From the NCBI GenBank assembly GCA_050248855.1, contig JBFWRP010000006.1, positions 1 to 64,000 of the forward strand: 64,000 nucleotides of DNA, given 5' to 3'. Numbering within the stretch: position 1 is the first letter of the stretch; each line of letters starts with the position of its first letter. The translations under genes and the position numbers were made by a program. Below the pieces are notes generated by a model that saw only the letters and a program-made list of their open reading frames with translations, was not told the DNA's origin and ran no database searches. The stretch comes from Planctomycetota bacterium. Lineage in GTDB: Bacteria > Planctomycetota > PLA2 > JAEUHO01. This document shows, in pieces, positions 19,830 through 29,104 of the stretch.

Positions 19830-20294
19830 GTGCGCCGCTCGACGATCATGGCCGCTTCGATCCTGATCCTGGGCGCCGTCGGCCTGCTCGTGGCCGCCCA
19901 GATGCTGCTCAAGCCCTACCGGCAGGACGCGGCGCTCGGCAGCGAGCTCCAGCGCATGCTCGCCGCCGAGGGGGCGGTCGAGGAGACCAGCAAGGTGATC
20001 GTGCAGGGCTCGCGCCGGGCCGGCCCCGACCACCTCGCCACCGAAGGCGTGGGCGTGGTCGTGGATCTGGTGCCGACCGCCCAGCTGCGCACGCGCCGCG
20101 GGGGCCTGGAGAGCCTCACGCGGCGTACCGTCGAGGCCGTCCTGGACCGCTTCCGCGAGCGGCGGATCGACTGGGTCGAGCTCAGGCTGAGGGTCAGGGG
20201 CCCGGACCAGGAGCCCCTGCGGACCCTGGTCCAAGCGGGCCCCACGGGCATGATCCTGGCCCCGCGGCCTCCGTTGCCCTTGTCGCTGCCCTGA
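19830..20294 (+). CDS. Hypothetical protein with N-terminal TM/signal
   Basis: 154-aa ORF 2 bp after maf; hydrophobic N-terminus. Confidence 0.7.
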   Translation: MRRSTIMAASILILGAVGLLVAAQMLLKPYRQDAALGSELQRMLAAEGAVEETSKVIVQGSRRAGPDHLATEGVGVVVDLVPTAQLRTRRGGLESLTRRTVEAVLDRFRERRIDWVELRLRVRGPDQEPLRTLVQAGPTGMILAPRPPLPLSLP

Positions 20295-20391
20295 ACGGCC
20301 CGCCGGGCGCGGGGGGAGACCCCGTTGCCTCCCCGGCTTGATGGCAGGGCCCCGCGGCGTACCTTCCCCGGTTCGCGCGAGGAGCCCGACC

Positions 20392-20664
20392 ATGAAGAAG
20401 GACATCCACCCGGACTACCACCCGGTCGTCTTCGTCGACACCGGTGCCGAGTTCGAGTTCACGTCGCGCTCCACCATGCGCAGCAAGGAAGTGCGCAAGA
20501 TCGACGGCGTGGACCACTACGTGATCCGCCTCGACATCTCGTCGGCCTCGCACCCCTTCTTCACGGGCAAGCAGCGCTTCGTGGATACCGCCGGCCGCAT
20601 CGACAAGTACCGCACCAAGTACGGCAAGCGGTACGGTCGCCGTTCGGGTCCCGGCGCCGAGTGA
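20392..20664 (+). CDS. rpmE: 50S ribosomal protein L31, type B (Zn-independent)
   Basis: MKKDIHPDYHPVVFVD...DISSASHPFFTGKQRFVDTAGRIDKY; no CxxC; GAGGAG RBS. Confidence 0.96.
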   Translation: MKKDIHPDYHPVVFVDTGAEFEFTSRSTMRSKEVRKIDGVDHYVIRLDISSASHPFFTGKQRFVDTAGRIDKYRTKYGKRYGRRSGPGAE

Positions 20665-20702
20665 CGTCGTAGGGGGGTCGCTCGCGGTCCCTCGCGCCCG
20701 GC

Positions 20703-21788
20703 ATGCTGGCCGACCACATCCGTCGACGTCTGGAAGCGCTCGAGGCACAGGCTGCCGAGCTCGAGACGCGGCTCGCCGACCCCGCCGTCGCGTCCGACCA
20801 CCGCGAGTTCTCGCGCCTCAACCGCGAGCATGCCGCGCTGCTGAAGCCCGTCGCGACCTTCGCGCGCTACAAGGCCGCCGAAGTCGCCGTCGAGGAGGCC
20901 AAGGAGGTCCTCGCCGACGGCTCGAGCGACGACGAGCTGCGCGCCATCGCCAAGGAGCAGCTGGCGAGCGCCACGAAAGCCGCCGAGGAGGCCGCCGAGG
21001 AGGCGCGCACCAGCCTTGTCTCCGAAGACCCCGATGACCTGCGCGACGCGATCGTCGAGATCCGCGCCGCGGTGGGGGGCGACGAAGCCGGCCTCTGGGC
21101 CGGCGATCTCTTCCGCATGTACGAGCGCTACGCGCTGCGCCATGGCCTGCGCGTCGAGGTCCTCGAGTCCGACGGCAGCGAGCAGGGCGGCTACAAGGAA
21201 GTGCAGTTCTGCCTGCGCGGGCGCGGCGCGTTCGGGGCCATGCGTTTCGAGTCGGGCGTGCATCGCGTGCAGCGCGTGCCCGAGACCGAGGCCCAGGGGC
21301 GCATCCACACCTCCACGGCGTCCGTGGCGGTGCTGCCCGAGGCCGAGGACGTCGACATCACGATCCGCGACGCGGACCTGCAAGTCGACACGATGCGTGC
21401 AGGCGGCCCCGGCGGGCAGAACGTCAACAAGACCTCGTCGGCGGTGCGCATGACGCACCTGCCCACGGGTATCGTCGTGAAGGTCCAGGCCGACCCCTCG
21501 CAGCACAAGAACCGCAGCATGGCCCTGCGCATCCTCAAGGCCCGCCTCTTCGAGCTGGAGCGCGAGAAGGCCGCGGCCGAGCGCTCGGCCCAGCGGGCCA
21601 GCCAGATCGGCTCGGGCGAGCGCAGCGAGAAGATCCGCACGTACAACTACAAGGAAGGCCGCGTCACCGACCACCGCATCAAGCTGACGCTGCACCGCCT
21701 GACGGAGATCCTGGAGGGCGACCTCGACGCCATGGTCGAAGCCCTGCGCCAGGAAGAGCTCACCCGCCGCCTGGCCGAGCTGGACTAG
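20703..21788 (+). CDS. prfA: Peptide chain release factor 1
   Basis: [14 protein letters not shown] (PxT), [16 protein letters not shown]. Confidence 0.97.
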   Translation: MLADHIRRRLEALEAQAAELETRLADPAVASDHREFSRLNREHAALLKPVATFARYKAAEVAVEEAKEVLADGSSDDELRAIAKEQLASATKAAEEAAEEARTSLVSEDPDDLRDAIVEIRAAVGGDEAGLWAGDLFRMYERYALRHGLRVEVLESDGSEQGGYKEVQFCLRGRGAFGAMRFESGVHRVQRVPETEAQGRIHTSTASVAVLPEAEDVDITIRDADLQVDTMRAGGPGGQNVNKTSSAVRMTHLPTGIVVKVQADPSQHKNRSMALRILKARLFELEREKAAAERSAQRASQIGSGERSEKIRTYNYKEGRVTDHRIKLTLHRLTEILEGDLDAMVEALRQEELTRRLAELD

Positions 21789-21926
21789 GGTCTGTCCGGG
21801 CGCCGGCGGCCTTGGCCCCGGCCGCGAACCGGGGCCCGCGGGGCGCGTTGGCCTGGGACAGGCCCTTCCCGTAGGATCCGCCCTCTGGACGGGCGGGCCG
21901 CAGGCGGCCGCGGAGCAGGAGATCCC

Positions 21927-22559
21927 ATGAGCGACGACGACCTTCGCGACGACGACGTGGCCGGCGACGACGGCGTGGACGGTGGGGCCGAGGGCTATTC
22001 GGAAGCCCACGAGGCCGCCCTGGCCGAGGCCCAGGCCGAGCGCTTGACGCGCCAGGCGTTCGTCCACGGTGTCGACCGCCAGCTGTTCCGCTTCCTGTTC
22101 GCCAACTGCTGCTTCTTCGCGGCGGCGCTCGTCTCGTGGGAGGTCGCCGCCCCCGGCGCCGACGCCAACCCCGCGGGCATGATCGGCGGCTTGGACACCG
22201 TACGTGGCGCGATGCTGCTGGCGCTCGCCGTGTACGGCTTCTGGACCTGCTTCCTCAACATCTTCCACGGCCAGATGAAGGTCTGGCCGTTCCTGTTGAG
22301 CGCGTTGATCGGTGCCGAAGTCGCCATCGGCGGCATCAAGGACGGCATCGCCAGCTGGGACAAGGTCAAGGAGCACCTTGCCACCCTGCCCAGCAAGACG
22401 GCCTACGACGACCTCATCCATCGCTTGGGCGCCATCTCGCCTGGCGCGTGGCTCTGCACGATCGGTTCCTTCCTCGTGTTCTGGGTACTGCTCTCCGGCC
22501 TCATGAGTGGCCGTTCGTCGAGCAAGGCCTCGAGTGGCGGGGGACGCCGTCGTCGCTGA
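21927..22559 (+). CDS. Hypothetical membrane protein (about 4 TM) with acidic N-terminus
   Basis: AGGAG RBS, strong codon bias, four hydrophobic segments. Confidence 0.8.
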   Translation: MSDDDLRDDDVAGDDGVDGGAEGYSEAHEAALAEAQAERLTRQAFVHGVDRQLFRFLFANCCFFAAALVSWEVAAPGADANPAGMIGGLDTVRGAMLLALAVYGFWTCFLNIFHGQMKVWPFLLSALIGAEVAIGGIKDGIASWDKVKEHLATLPSKTAYDDLIHRLGAISPGAWLCTIGSFLVFWVLLSGLMSGRSSSKASSGGGRRRR

Positions 22560-23466
22560 CGGTTCGACCGCCGCACGCGGCGGGGCGGGGCGGCTCGATC
22601 GCGCCCCGCTCCTCGAGATCCTCAAGCGCTCGACCACGTGGCTCGAGGGGCGCGGACTCCCCCGTCCGCGCCTTGACGTCGAGCTGCTGATGGCCCATGC
22701 GCTCGGCATCGAGCGCATGCAGCTCTACCTCCAGTTCGACCGGCCCCTGGCCGGCGAGGAGCTGGACGCCATCCGCGACCTCGTGCGCCGTCGCGGCCTG
22801 GGCGAGCCTGTCGCCTACCTCACGGGCCGCTGGGGCTTCCACGCACTCGACCTCGCCGTCGACGCGCGCGTCCTCGTGCCGCGCCCCGAGACCGAGACCC
22901 TCGTCGATGCCGCCCTCGAGCGCCTCGCGGGTGTTGCGAACGCGGTCGTCGCTGACGTCGGCACGGGCTCGGGCTGCATCGCCCTGGCCTTGGCGCACGC
23001 CCGGGACGACCTCACCGCGCTCGGCAGCGACCTCTCCGAGGCCGCACTCCACGTCGCGCGCGACAACGCCGCGCGCTTGGGCCTGGACGCTCGCGTGCGG
23101 TTCGCCCACGGCGACCTGCTCGCCCCTTGGCGCGACGAACCGGCGTTCGGCCACCTTGCCGCCGTCGTCAGCAACCCGCCTTACGTCGTGCGGGGGGACC
23201 CGGCTCTCGAAGCCGCCGTCGCCCGCTTCGAGCCCGAGCTGGCCCTCTACGTCGACGGCACCGACCCGTTCGCCATCGGGGCCCGCATCGCCGACCAAGC
23301 CCGCTCCGCCCTCGTCCCCGGCGGCTGGCTCCTCGTCGAGCTCGGCGCCGGCAGCGACACCCGCGCCCGCGAAGCCCTCACCGCCCTCGACTACACCGAC
23401 ATCGACGTCCTCCCCGACCTCGCCGGCATCGGGCGGGTCGTTGTTGGCAGGACGCGCGGCGCATAG
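22534..23466 (+). CDS. prmC: Release factor glutamine methyltransferase
   Basis: RRGLGEPVAYLTG, VLVPRPETE, DVGTGSGCIA, VSNPPY; start uncertain (22507 or 22534). Confidence 0.95.
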   Translation: MAGDAVVADGSTAARGGAGRLDRAPLLEILKRSTTWLEGRGLPRPRLDVELLMAHALGIERMQLYLQFDRPLAGEELDAIRDLVRRRGLGEPVAYLTGRWGFHALDLAVDARVLVPRPETETLVDAALERLAGVANAVVADVGTGSGCIALALAHARDDLTALGSDLSEAALHVARDNAARLGLDARVRFAHGDLLAPWRDEPAFGHLAAVVSNPPYVVRGDPALEAAVARFEPELALYVDGTDPFAIGARIADQARSALVPGGWLLVELGAGSDTRAREALTALDYTDIDVLPDLAGIGRVVVGRTRGA

Positions 23467-23491
23467 TCCGTTGCCTCGGTAGCCTTGGGGC

Positions 23492-23728
23492 ATGACGGAC
23501 GCCGCGAGGCAGTTGCTGAACCGCGTGCTTGCCCTCGCCTCGCAGGACCGCGAATGGATCGCGACCGAGCTGCTCGCGAGCCTGGACGGTCCCGCCGACG
23601 TCGGCTGGGAGGCCGCGTGGTCAGACGAGCTCGCCCGACGGCAGGAGGCGGCCCAGTCGTGCGGCGAATCCGGCGCAGCTTGGGACGGGGTGCGAGCCGA
23701 GATTCTGGCCCGGCTGGAGAATCCGTGA
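23492..23728 (+). CDS. Putative addiction module antitoxin component (TIGR02574-like)
   Basis: ALAL...DR..IA..LL.SLD...EAAW.DE..RR...W..VR pattern; 78 aa. Confidence 0.75.
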   Translation: MTDAARQLLNRVLALASQDREWIATELLASLDGPADVGWEAAWSDELARRQEAAQSCGESGAAWDGVRAEILARLENP

Positions 23729-23829
23729 GCAGCCGCCTCCGCTGACGTTGCATCGGCGAGCTGGGTCGGGCGCGGGTCTTGGCAGCCCGCTCCAAGCACC
23801 CCCGTAGCGGTGCCGATAGAAGGGGGTAG

Positions 23830-25155
23830 GTGCTCCGCAAGGTCCTCGTCCTGGCCTGTGCTGCTTTGGCCCTCGGAGCGGGGGCCGTGTTCTGCCTCCG
23901 CGAGGATGCCGACGCCCGCTTCGAGCGCGCGCTGGGCGATCGACCCCTCGCCGCCTTGCTCGACGAGACGCCCGCCCTGGACCAGGCCCTGCAGGAGCGG
24001 CTCTGGCGGCTGATACGAAGTGACGAGCCGTGGTCGACCGGTCATGCCGCCTCACCCGACGACGACTGGTACCTGTCGGGTGAGGAATCACCCCCGGCAA
24101 GCTTTGCCTCCGAGCACGAGCGTCTCCGGCCGGCGATGACCGACCTCACGGAGATCCTCGCCACGGACAGGGCCTGCCTGACGTCCATCGGCTGGATCGA
24201 CAGGGGTCCTCAGCGCGGGCGTGCGGTGCTCCAGGGCTGGCGCCTGCGCAATGCCAGTTGGCCCATGCTTCGCGCTGCGGCGCACTGGTATGCACACGAG
24301 GCACTGTGCGCGGACGAGCCGACGCTGGCGCTCTCGCGCCTACGGCAGCTGTGCGTGGCGCTCTCCCATCCGGGCACCGTCCGCGACCGCGTGGGGTCCG
24401 CCCTCGTTGGGTGGGTTCGCGATCGCACGCACCTCATGATGCTTCTTCGGGGTCGCATCGCGAGTGACCTTGTCGAGGCCTGGTTGTCGGAGCCCTGCCG
24501 GGAGATCGAGGTCCTTGCGCAGGGCGTACGACTGGAGCGCGCCCTGTACGCCACGACCGTGGGGGAGGATCTGGAGAGAGAGCGACACCTCGACTGGAGC
24601 GAGGACATCGACCTCGAGGAGCGCGTGCGCCTGTGGTGGCAGGGCAAGGGCGAGGTGGCTGCATGGCTGGAGCTCTGCGACGCCTTCGAGGCCTACCTTC
24701 GCGGCGCGGACTCGGCAGAGCATGTGCGCAGCCTGGAGGCGGATGTCCACGCACGAAACGGCTCTCCGCTCGTCATGCGCCACTACCACGCCGCCCTCTT
24801 GGACGAGGCGCTCTTGGGGAACGCACGGCACCGGCTAGCGCGGACGGCAGGGCGCGTGCTCCAACTGCATCGGCAGCGTGGACGACTGCCGGCCGATGCG
24901 ACCGAGCTGAGGAAGTGGATGGCGGGAGGTGCTTCGCTGCTCGACCACGGGACCTTGGAGCTGGCGGTGACCTACGAGCGTCTGAGCGAGTCTGCGTTCC
25001 GGGTGCGCGTGGACCCCGACACGCCCACCCCCGACCTGCTCCCCGCCTCCGCCATGGATCGCGTGCGTGAGGAACAGGGTCAGCGGCCGATGCGCACGGG
25101 CGCACTCCGCTGGCACCTGCCCCACGTGATGGAGCTCCACGTGCCGAGGCAGTGA
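23830..25155 (+). CDS. Hypothetical exported helical protein
   Basis: Signal-like N-terminus; C-terminal HRQRGRLPADATEL resembles the pseudopilin GxLPxxL motif; less biased codon usage. Confidence 0.7.
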   Translation: MLRKVLVLACAALALGAGAVFCLREDADARFERALGDRPLAALLDETPALDQALQERLWRLIRSDEPWSTGHAASPDDDWYLSGEESPPASFASEHERLRPAMTDLTEILATDRACLTSIGWIDRGPQRGRAVLQGWRLRNASWPMLRAAAHWYAHEALCADEPTLALSRLRQLCVALSHPGTVRDRVGSALVGWVRDRTHLMMLLRGRIASDLVEAWLSEPCREIEVLAQGVRLERALYATTVGEDLERERHLDWSEDIDLEERVRLWWQGKGEVAAWLELCDAFEAYLRGADSAEHVRSLEADVHARNGSPLVMRHYHAALLDEALLGNARHRLARTAGRVLQLHRQRGRLPADATELRKWMAGGASLLDHGTLELAVTYERLSESAFRVRVDPDTPTPDLLPASAMDRVREEQGQRPMRTGALRWHLPHVMELHVPRQ

Positions 25156-25203
25156 GGTAGCGCAGGCGGGTATCTTCCGTGGCACGGAGGTGTAGGCGCG
25201 AAG

Positions 25204-26130
25204 GGTACGGAGGCGGGACAAGTTGTTGCGTGTTCTTCGATCCTCGCCGCCGAGCGCATGAGAGGCGTCGTCCTGACTGCGACGGTGCAGCGCCGTCCCC
25301 ACTCCCGATCGCCCCGCGTGCTTCAACCCCGAGAACCAGGTTCTTCATCCACGCCGGAATTCCGGCGTGGCCGCGCACCGCGGGACCAACGCCGCGTCCG
25401 CACCTCACGGCCGCCCGCCGCCTCGGCCTTGCCATCCGCCGCAACCGAGTCGAGGGCGCCGAGCCCGGAAATCAGGGCTCTGGGGGGCGCCGAAACTTCG
25501 GCAAACCCGCGGTGCGCGCTCGCCGCGCGGGGGCGGATGGGGTGGCGCGACCCCACCGGTAGGTCGCGGGGCGGCGGGCGGGGCGGCGGGATCCCGCCGC
25601 CCCGCCCCACGCCGGAATTCCGGCGTGGACGTGAGGTACGGAGGCGGGACAAGTTGTTGCGCCTTCGGCGCACGCACGACCCAGGCGATGGCCACCCGGT
25701 TCGGGAAACCGCGGCAAGCGCTCGGCGAGCGGCCGCTGTTGGGCTCCTGGAGCGGCGGGACTCCGCCTCCTTGCCGCCGCCATCCGCCCCAACCGGCTCG
25801 ATGGCGCCGAACCCGGAAATCAGGGCTCTGGGGGGCGCCGAAATTTCGGCAAACCCGCGGTGCGCGCTCGCCGCGCGGGGGCGGATGGGGTGGCGCAACC
25901 CCACCGGTAGGTCGCGGAGCGGCGGGCAGGGCGGCGGTGTCCCGCCGCCTGGCCCCACGCCGGAATTCCGGCGTGGCCGTGCGCCGCGGGATCGACGCCG
26001 CGTCCGCACATCGCGCCTCCGCCGCTGCTTTGGCCAGCCATCCGCCGGGAGCGGTTCGAGGACGCGGAGCCTGGAAATCAGGGCTCTGGCGGGCGCCGAA
26101 ATTTCGGCAGACCTGTGGCGAGGGTTGGCC
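25204..26130. repeat. Cluster of modular palindromic repeats (modules A, B, C)
   Basis: A = CCACGCCGGAATTCCGGCGTGG at 25349, 25607, 25955; B = GGAAATCAGGGCTCTGG.GGGCGCCGAAA.TTCGGCA... at 25467, 25815, 26073; C = GGTACGGAGGCGGGACAAGTTGTTGCG at 25204, 25635. Confidence 0.92.
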
Positions 26131-26167
26131 GGGGCCCGCGGCCTCTTCCGACCCCCTGGCTGGCCTC

Positions 26168-28357
26168 CTAGTCGAGGCGGATGAGGTCCTCGGCAGGGAT
26201 CTGGACCTCGCGCTTCACCCAGCGCTCGCCGTAGTGGCCCTCGAGGGTGTAGGTGCCTGCGGCGAGCATCTCGAAGAGGAACTCACCTTGTCCGTCGTTC
26301 TTGGGCCACCCCACGCGCCAGCGCTCCTTGCCCACGTGGCGCCTCAGGCTGAACGACGGTTCCGCCGCGTCGCGTGGAACGCGGACCACCAGCTGGTAGA
26401 AGACGGGCGCGGGAATCACCAGCTCGCCCGCGCCCGGCCGGAACTCGAATGGGTGGATCGTGGCCGGCGTTAAGCCCGGTCCCAGCACGACCACCTCGTA
26501 TGCACCGGGCTGCACCTTGCCAAAGGTCACGGTGCCGTCGGACTCCACGAGCCTGGGATTCCGTACGCCCGTCTCACCCTGTGCACGGAGAGCGACCTGC
26601 AGCTTGCCTTCCGAGGCGTACCCGGGAGGGTTCGTCACGCGGACCACGAGTGTGTCCATCTCGGCAATCCGAATGGTCAGTGCGCTCGTTGTCGCAGGAT
26701 CGTAGGGGCGAACGACCTCGCCGTGATCGCGCGTGCGTACATGGACGGTGAACACGCCTTCCTTCCAAGTGCCATCCTCCGCCAACGTGTGCTCGGGAAT
26801 GTGATCCACGATGAACGCGCCGTCCTCGCGCTGGAGAGAGACGTTGCCGCCGGCCACGCTCGCGTGATTGCCCGAGAAGGAGACGGAGATCTGCGCTTCC
26901 TCGATGGGCTTCCCATCGGGCCCCAGCACATGGACCTCCATGTAGCGAGCGGGGTCGAGCCGTTCGAGGACGAGGTCCGTCTCGACCATGGCATCGGTGA
27001 CCCAAAGGGTCTCGACGACGGGGTAGTCGCTTCCTCCGAGCGACAGGCCGAGCAGGTAGCCGCCCGGAGCGAGATCGCGAAACACGAAGGACAGACCGTC
27101 GCGGTCGTTCGGCTCGGCGGATGGGTCAGTCGCTTCGAAGATGGGCTTGGCAGGGGGTTGGCTTCCCGGGAACGCGCGGAGCGTGACCTTCAAGCGCGGG
27201 CGCTTGAAGCGACCTGGCAGGACGACCGAGCCGTGTACGCCGGGGCCCTCCTGCAAGGCAAAGTCGAGCTCTTGGATCGGGCCCTGGGACGAGACGACAA
27301 GCCGTCGAGGAGCGGACTTGAGCACCTCGCGCTTCCCACCCGTCGCGAAGAACCACATCTCACCGGGCTGGACGTAGATCGCCGACTCGGGACGGCTCCA
27401 GCCAGCCCTTCGCAGCGAGGGCGTCGGGAAGTCAGGCGTCGTCGCCCAGTGGATCGTGCCACTCTCGGGAACGCTCCCGTCCGGCAGTCGGAGTCGTGCA
27501 ACCACGGCCACGCGCCCATCGGATGCTACGCGCGTCCACTTCGGTCGCGGCGGAGGCGGCAAATCCGCGGCGCTTCCGCGTAGCTCGACGCCATGGGAGG
27601 CTTCCTGCGCTGCCTTGCCCTGCTCGGGGCCGCGAGGATCCGCGAGGGGCGTCGAGGCGTTGTCCGACGCGGATGGTGTCGAGGGCCCCGCGATCTTCCA
27701 GAGCGCCGTTCCTGCAAGGGACACAACGCCGAGGACGCCTGCCGCGACGAGCAGCTTCGTGTTCATGAGCGCGACTCCTAGTGCGGCGCCGACGCCAAGC
27801 GCGGGGTTCGTGCCTGCCGTTGCAACGAGCGGTGCGAGAGCCAAGCGCCAGCGTGTGCCGTCACCGCCCTGCCGCCGGTCCAGGTGGCCGCGGACCTTCC
27901 CGATGCCGCGACGGATCCGGGCTCGCGCCGTCTCCAGGGGGATGCCCAGCCGCGCACCAACCTCCGGCGGGGCGAGTCCCTCGAAGAAGCGCAGCAGCAC
28001 CGCGTCACGGTGGGGCGCATCGATGGAAAGCACCGCTTCGACGACAAGGCGATGGGCCTCGGCCTCGGCGACCAGCTCCGAGGTCGAAGGAGTTCGCTCG
28101 ACACGCGCCGCGTGGGCCTCCCGGCGGTTCAGCCGCGACTCGCTCCTGCGCATCTTGGAAGCCAGGTTGCGCACCACGGTCCCGAGCCAAGCGCGCGGCG
28201 TCGAACCGCGCGGCGGGCGCTCCATGGCCGCCAGCCACGTCTGCTGTTCGAGGTCATCGGCGCTCGCCTCGTCGCCCACGACTCGGCGGGCGAGAGAGCG
28301 CACCCAGGCGCGATGCTCTAGCAACTGCTCGATGGGGATGGGTGAGGGGTCTTGCAT
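26168..28357 (-). CDS. ECF sigma-70 factor fused to a TM segment and extracytoplasmic carboxypeptidase-regulatory-like beta domains
   Basis: Region 2 (ADDLEQQTWLAA...AWLGTVVRNLA), region 4 (LLRFFEGL...LGIPLETARARIRRG), TM, then beta-sandwich repeats (VHVLGPDGKPIEEA, FRDLAPGGY, GKVQPGAYEV). Confidence 0.9.
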   Translation of the reverse strand: MQDPSPIPIEQLLEHRAWVRSLARRVVGDEASADDLEQQTWLAAMERPPRGSTPRAWLGTVVRNLASKMRRSESRLNRREAHAARVERTPSTSELVAEAEAHRLVVEAVLSIDAPHRDAVLLRFFEGLAPPEVGARLGIPLETARARIRRGIGKVRGHLDRRQGGDGTRWRLALAPLVATAGTNPALGVGAALGVALMNTKLLVAAGVLGVVSLAGTALWKIAGPSTPSASDNASTPLADPRGPEQGKAAQEASHGVELRGSAADLPPPPRPKWTRVASDGRVAVVARLRLPDGSVPESGTIHWATTPDFPTPSLRRAGWSRPESAIYVQPGEMWFFATGGKREVLKSAPRRLVVSSQGPIQELDFALQEGPGVHGSVVLPGRFKRPRLKVTLRAFPGSQPPAKPIFEATDPSAEPNDRDGLSFVFRDLAPGGYLLGLSLGGSDYPVVETLWVTDAMVETDLVLERLDPARYMEVHVLGPDGKPIEEAQISVSFSGNHASVAGGNVSLQREDGAFIVDHIPEHTLAEDGTWKEGVFTVHVRTRDHGEVVRPYDPATTSALTIRIAEMDTLVVRVTNPPGYASEGKLQVALRAQGETGVRNPRLVESDGTVTFGKVQPGAYEVVVLGPGLTPATIHPFEFRPGAGELVIPAPVFYQLVVRVPRDAAEPSFSLRRHVGKERWRVGWPKNDGQGEFLFEMLAAGTYTLEGHYGERWVKREVQIPAEDLIRLD

Positions 28358-28458
28358 GGCTTCCAGTGTCTGGATCCCCGCGCTGCCGAGAATCGGTGCC
28401 GAGATTCCGGCGGGCGCTCCGAGCCAACTACCGACGGCGCACCCGTGCTGCCATCGTC

Positions 28459-28667
28459 TCGAGGACGCCGAACCCGGAAATCAGGGCTCTGGCGGGCGCC
28501 GAGATTTCGGCAAACCCGCGGCGAGGGCTCGCCGCGATGAGGCCGATGGGGTGGCGAGACCCCATTGCGGTGGGGACGGCGGTGTCCCACCACCTGGCCC
28601 CACGCCGGAATTCCGGCGTGGGCCGGGGCCGCGCGCTCAGCGGCGCGAGCGCACCTCGCGGCCGCCG
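28459..28667. repeat. Fourth copy of the B-A palindromic repeat plus downstream linker
   Basis: CCCGGAAATCAGGGCTCTGGCGGGCGCCGAGATTTCGGCAAACCCGCGG at ~28473 and palindrome A at 28600-28621. Confidence 0.9.
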
Positions 28668-29065
28668 CGGTAGACGATCAGGCGGGCGTCGCGGCGGCGG
28701 CACCAGTCGCGGATGAAGGCGTCGACTTCGGGGCGCGTGCGGGGGTCGGGCTGCGTCTTGTCGGTGAGGAGGAGCAGCAGGCCCGAGTCGACTGCGTCGA
28801 AGTAGCCGCCGATGCGGTCGGGACGAAGCTCGTCAGGCCCGAAGCCCATCAGCCAGAGGCACTGGAACGCGGCGCAGTGCATGGGGCGGTCGGGGTGGAT
28901 GCGGCAGCCGACGCCGCGCTCCAGGTTGGGGCAGGGGACGTCGGCCTTGCGGCAGAGCTCCGGGTACTCGGGCCAGTCCACGGCCGGCAGCCGGCAGCAG
29001 AGGTCGCACGTGCCGCACTGGCGGCGGGCGCCGGGATCCGGGGAGCGAGCGGCGGGTCGGGCCAA
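28637..29065 (-). CDS. YkgJ-like cysteine cluster protein (putative Zn/Fe chelating)
   Basis: CGTCDLCC...C..L....GCRIHPDRP..CAAFQCLWL. Confidence 0.82.
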   Translation of the reverse strand: MARPAARSPDPGARRQCGTCDLCCRLPAVDWPEYPELCRKADVPCPNLERGVGCRIHPDRPMHCAAFQCLWLMGFGPDELRPDRIGGYFDAVDSGLLLLLTDKTQPDPRTRPEVDAFIRDWCRRRDARLIVYRGGREVRSRR

Positions 29066-29104
29066 CGCGCCGCGATCCTACGGAGCCATCGCGCGCCGTA
29101 CGCG

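Noticed and set aside
23725..23829. parE pseudogene
   Set aside because: No recognisable ParE residues in any frame I read
25204..26130. CRISPR array
   Set aside because: Spacing is 258/348 bp, the intervening DNA is itself repeated, and no cas genes are present
25258..26184. 308-aa ORF keeping all repeat copies in frame
   Set aside because: R/G/P-rich, lacks host codon bias, and several frames on both strands are open; treated as non-coding, though the in-frame spacing is noted
25349..28621. Integron attC sites
   Set aside because: No RYYYAAC/GTTRRRY ends, no integrase, and flanking genes lie in mixed orientation
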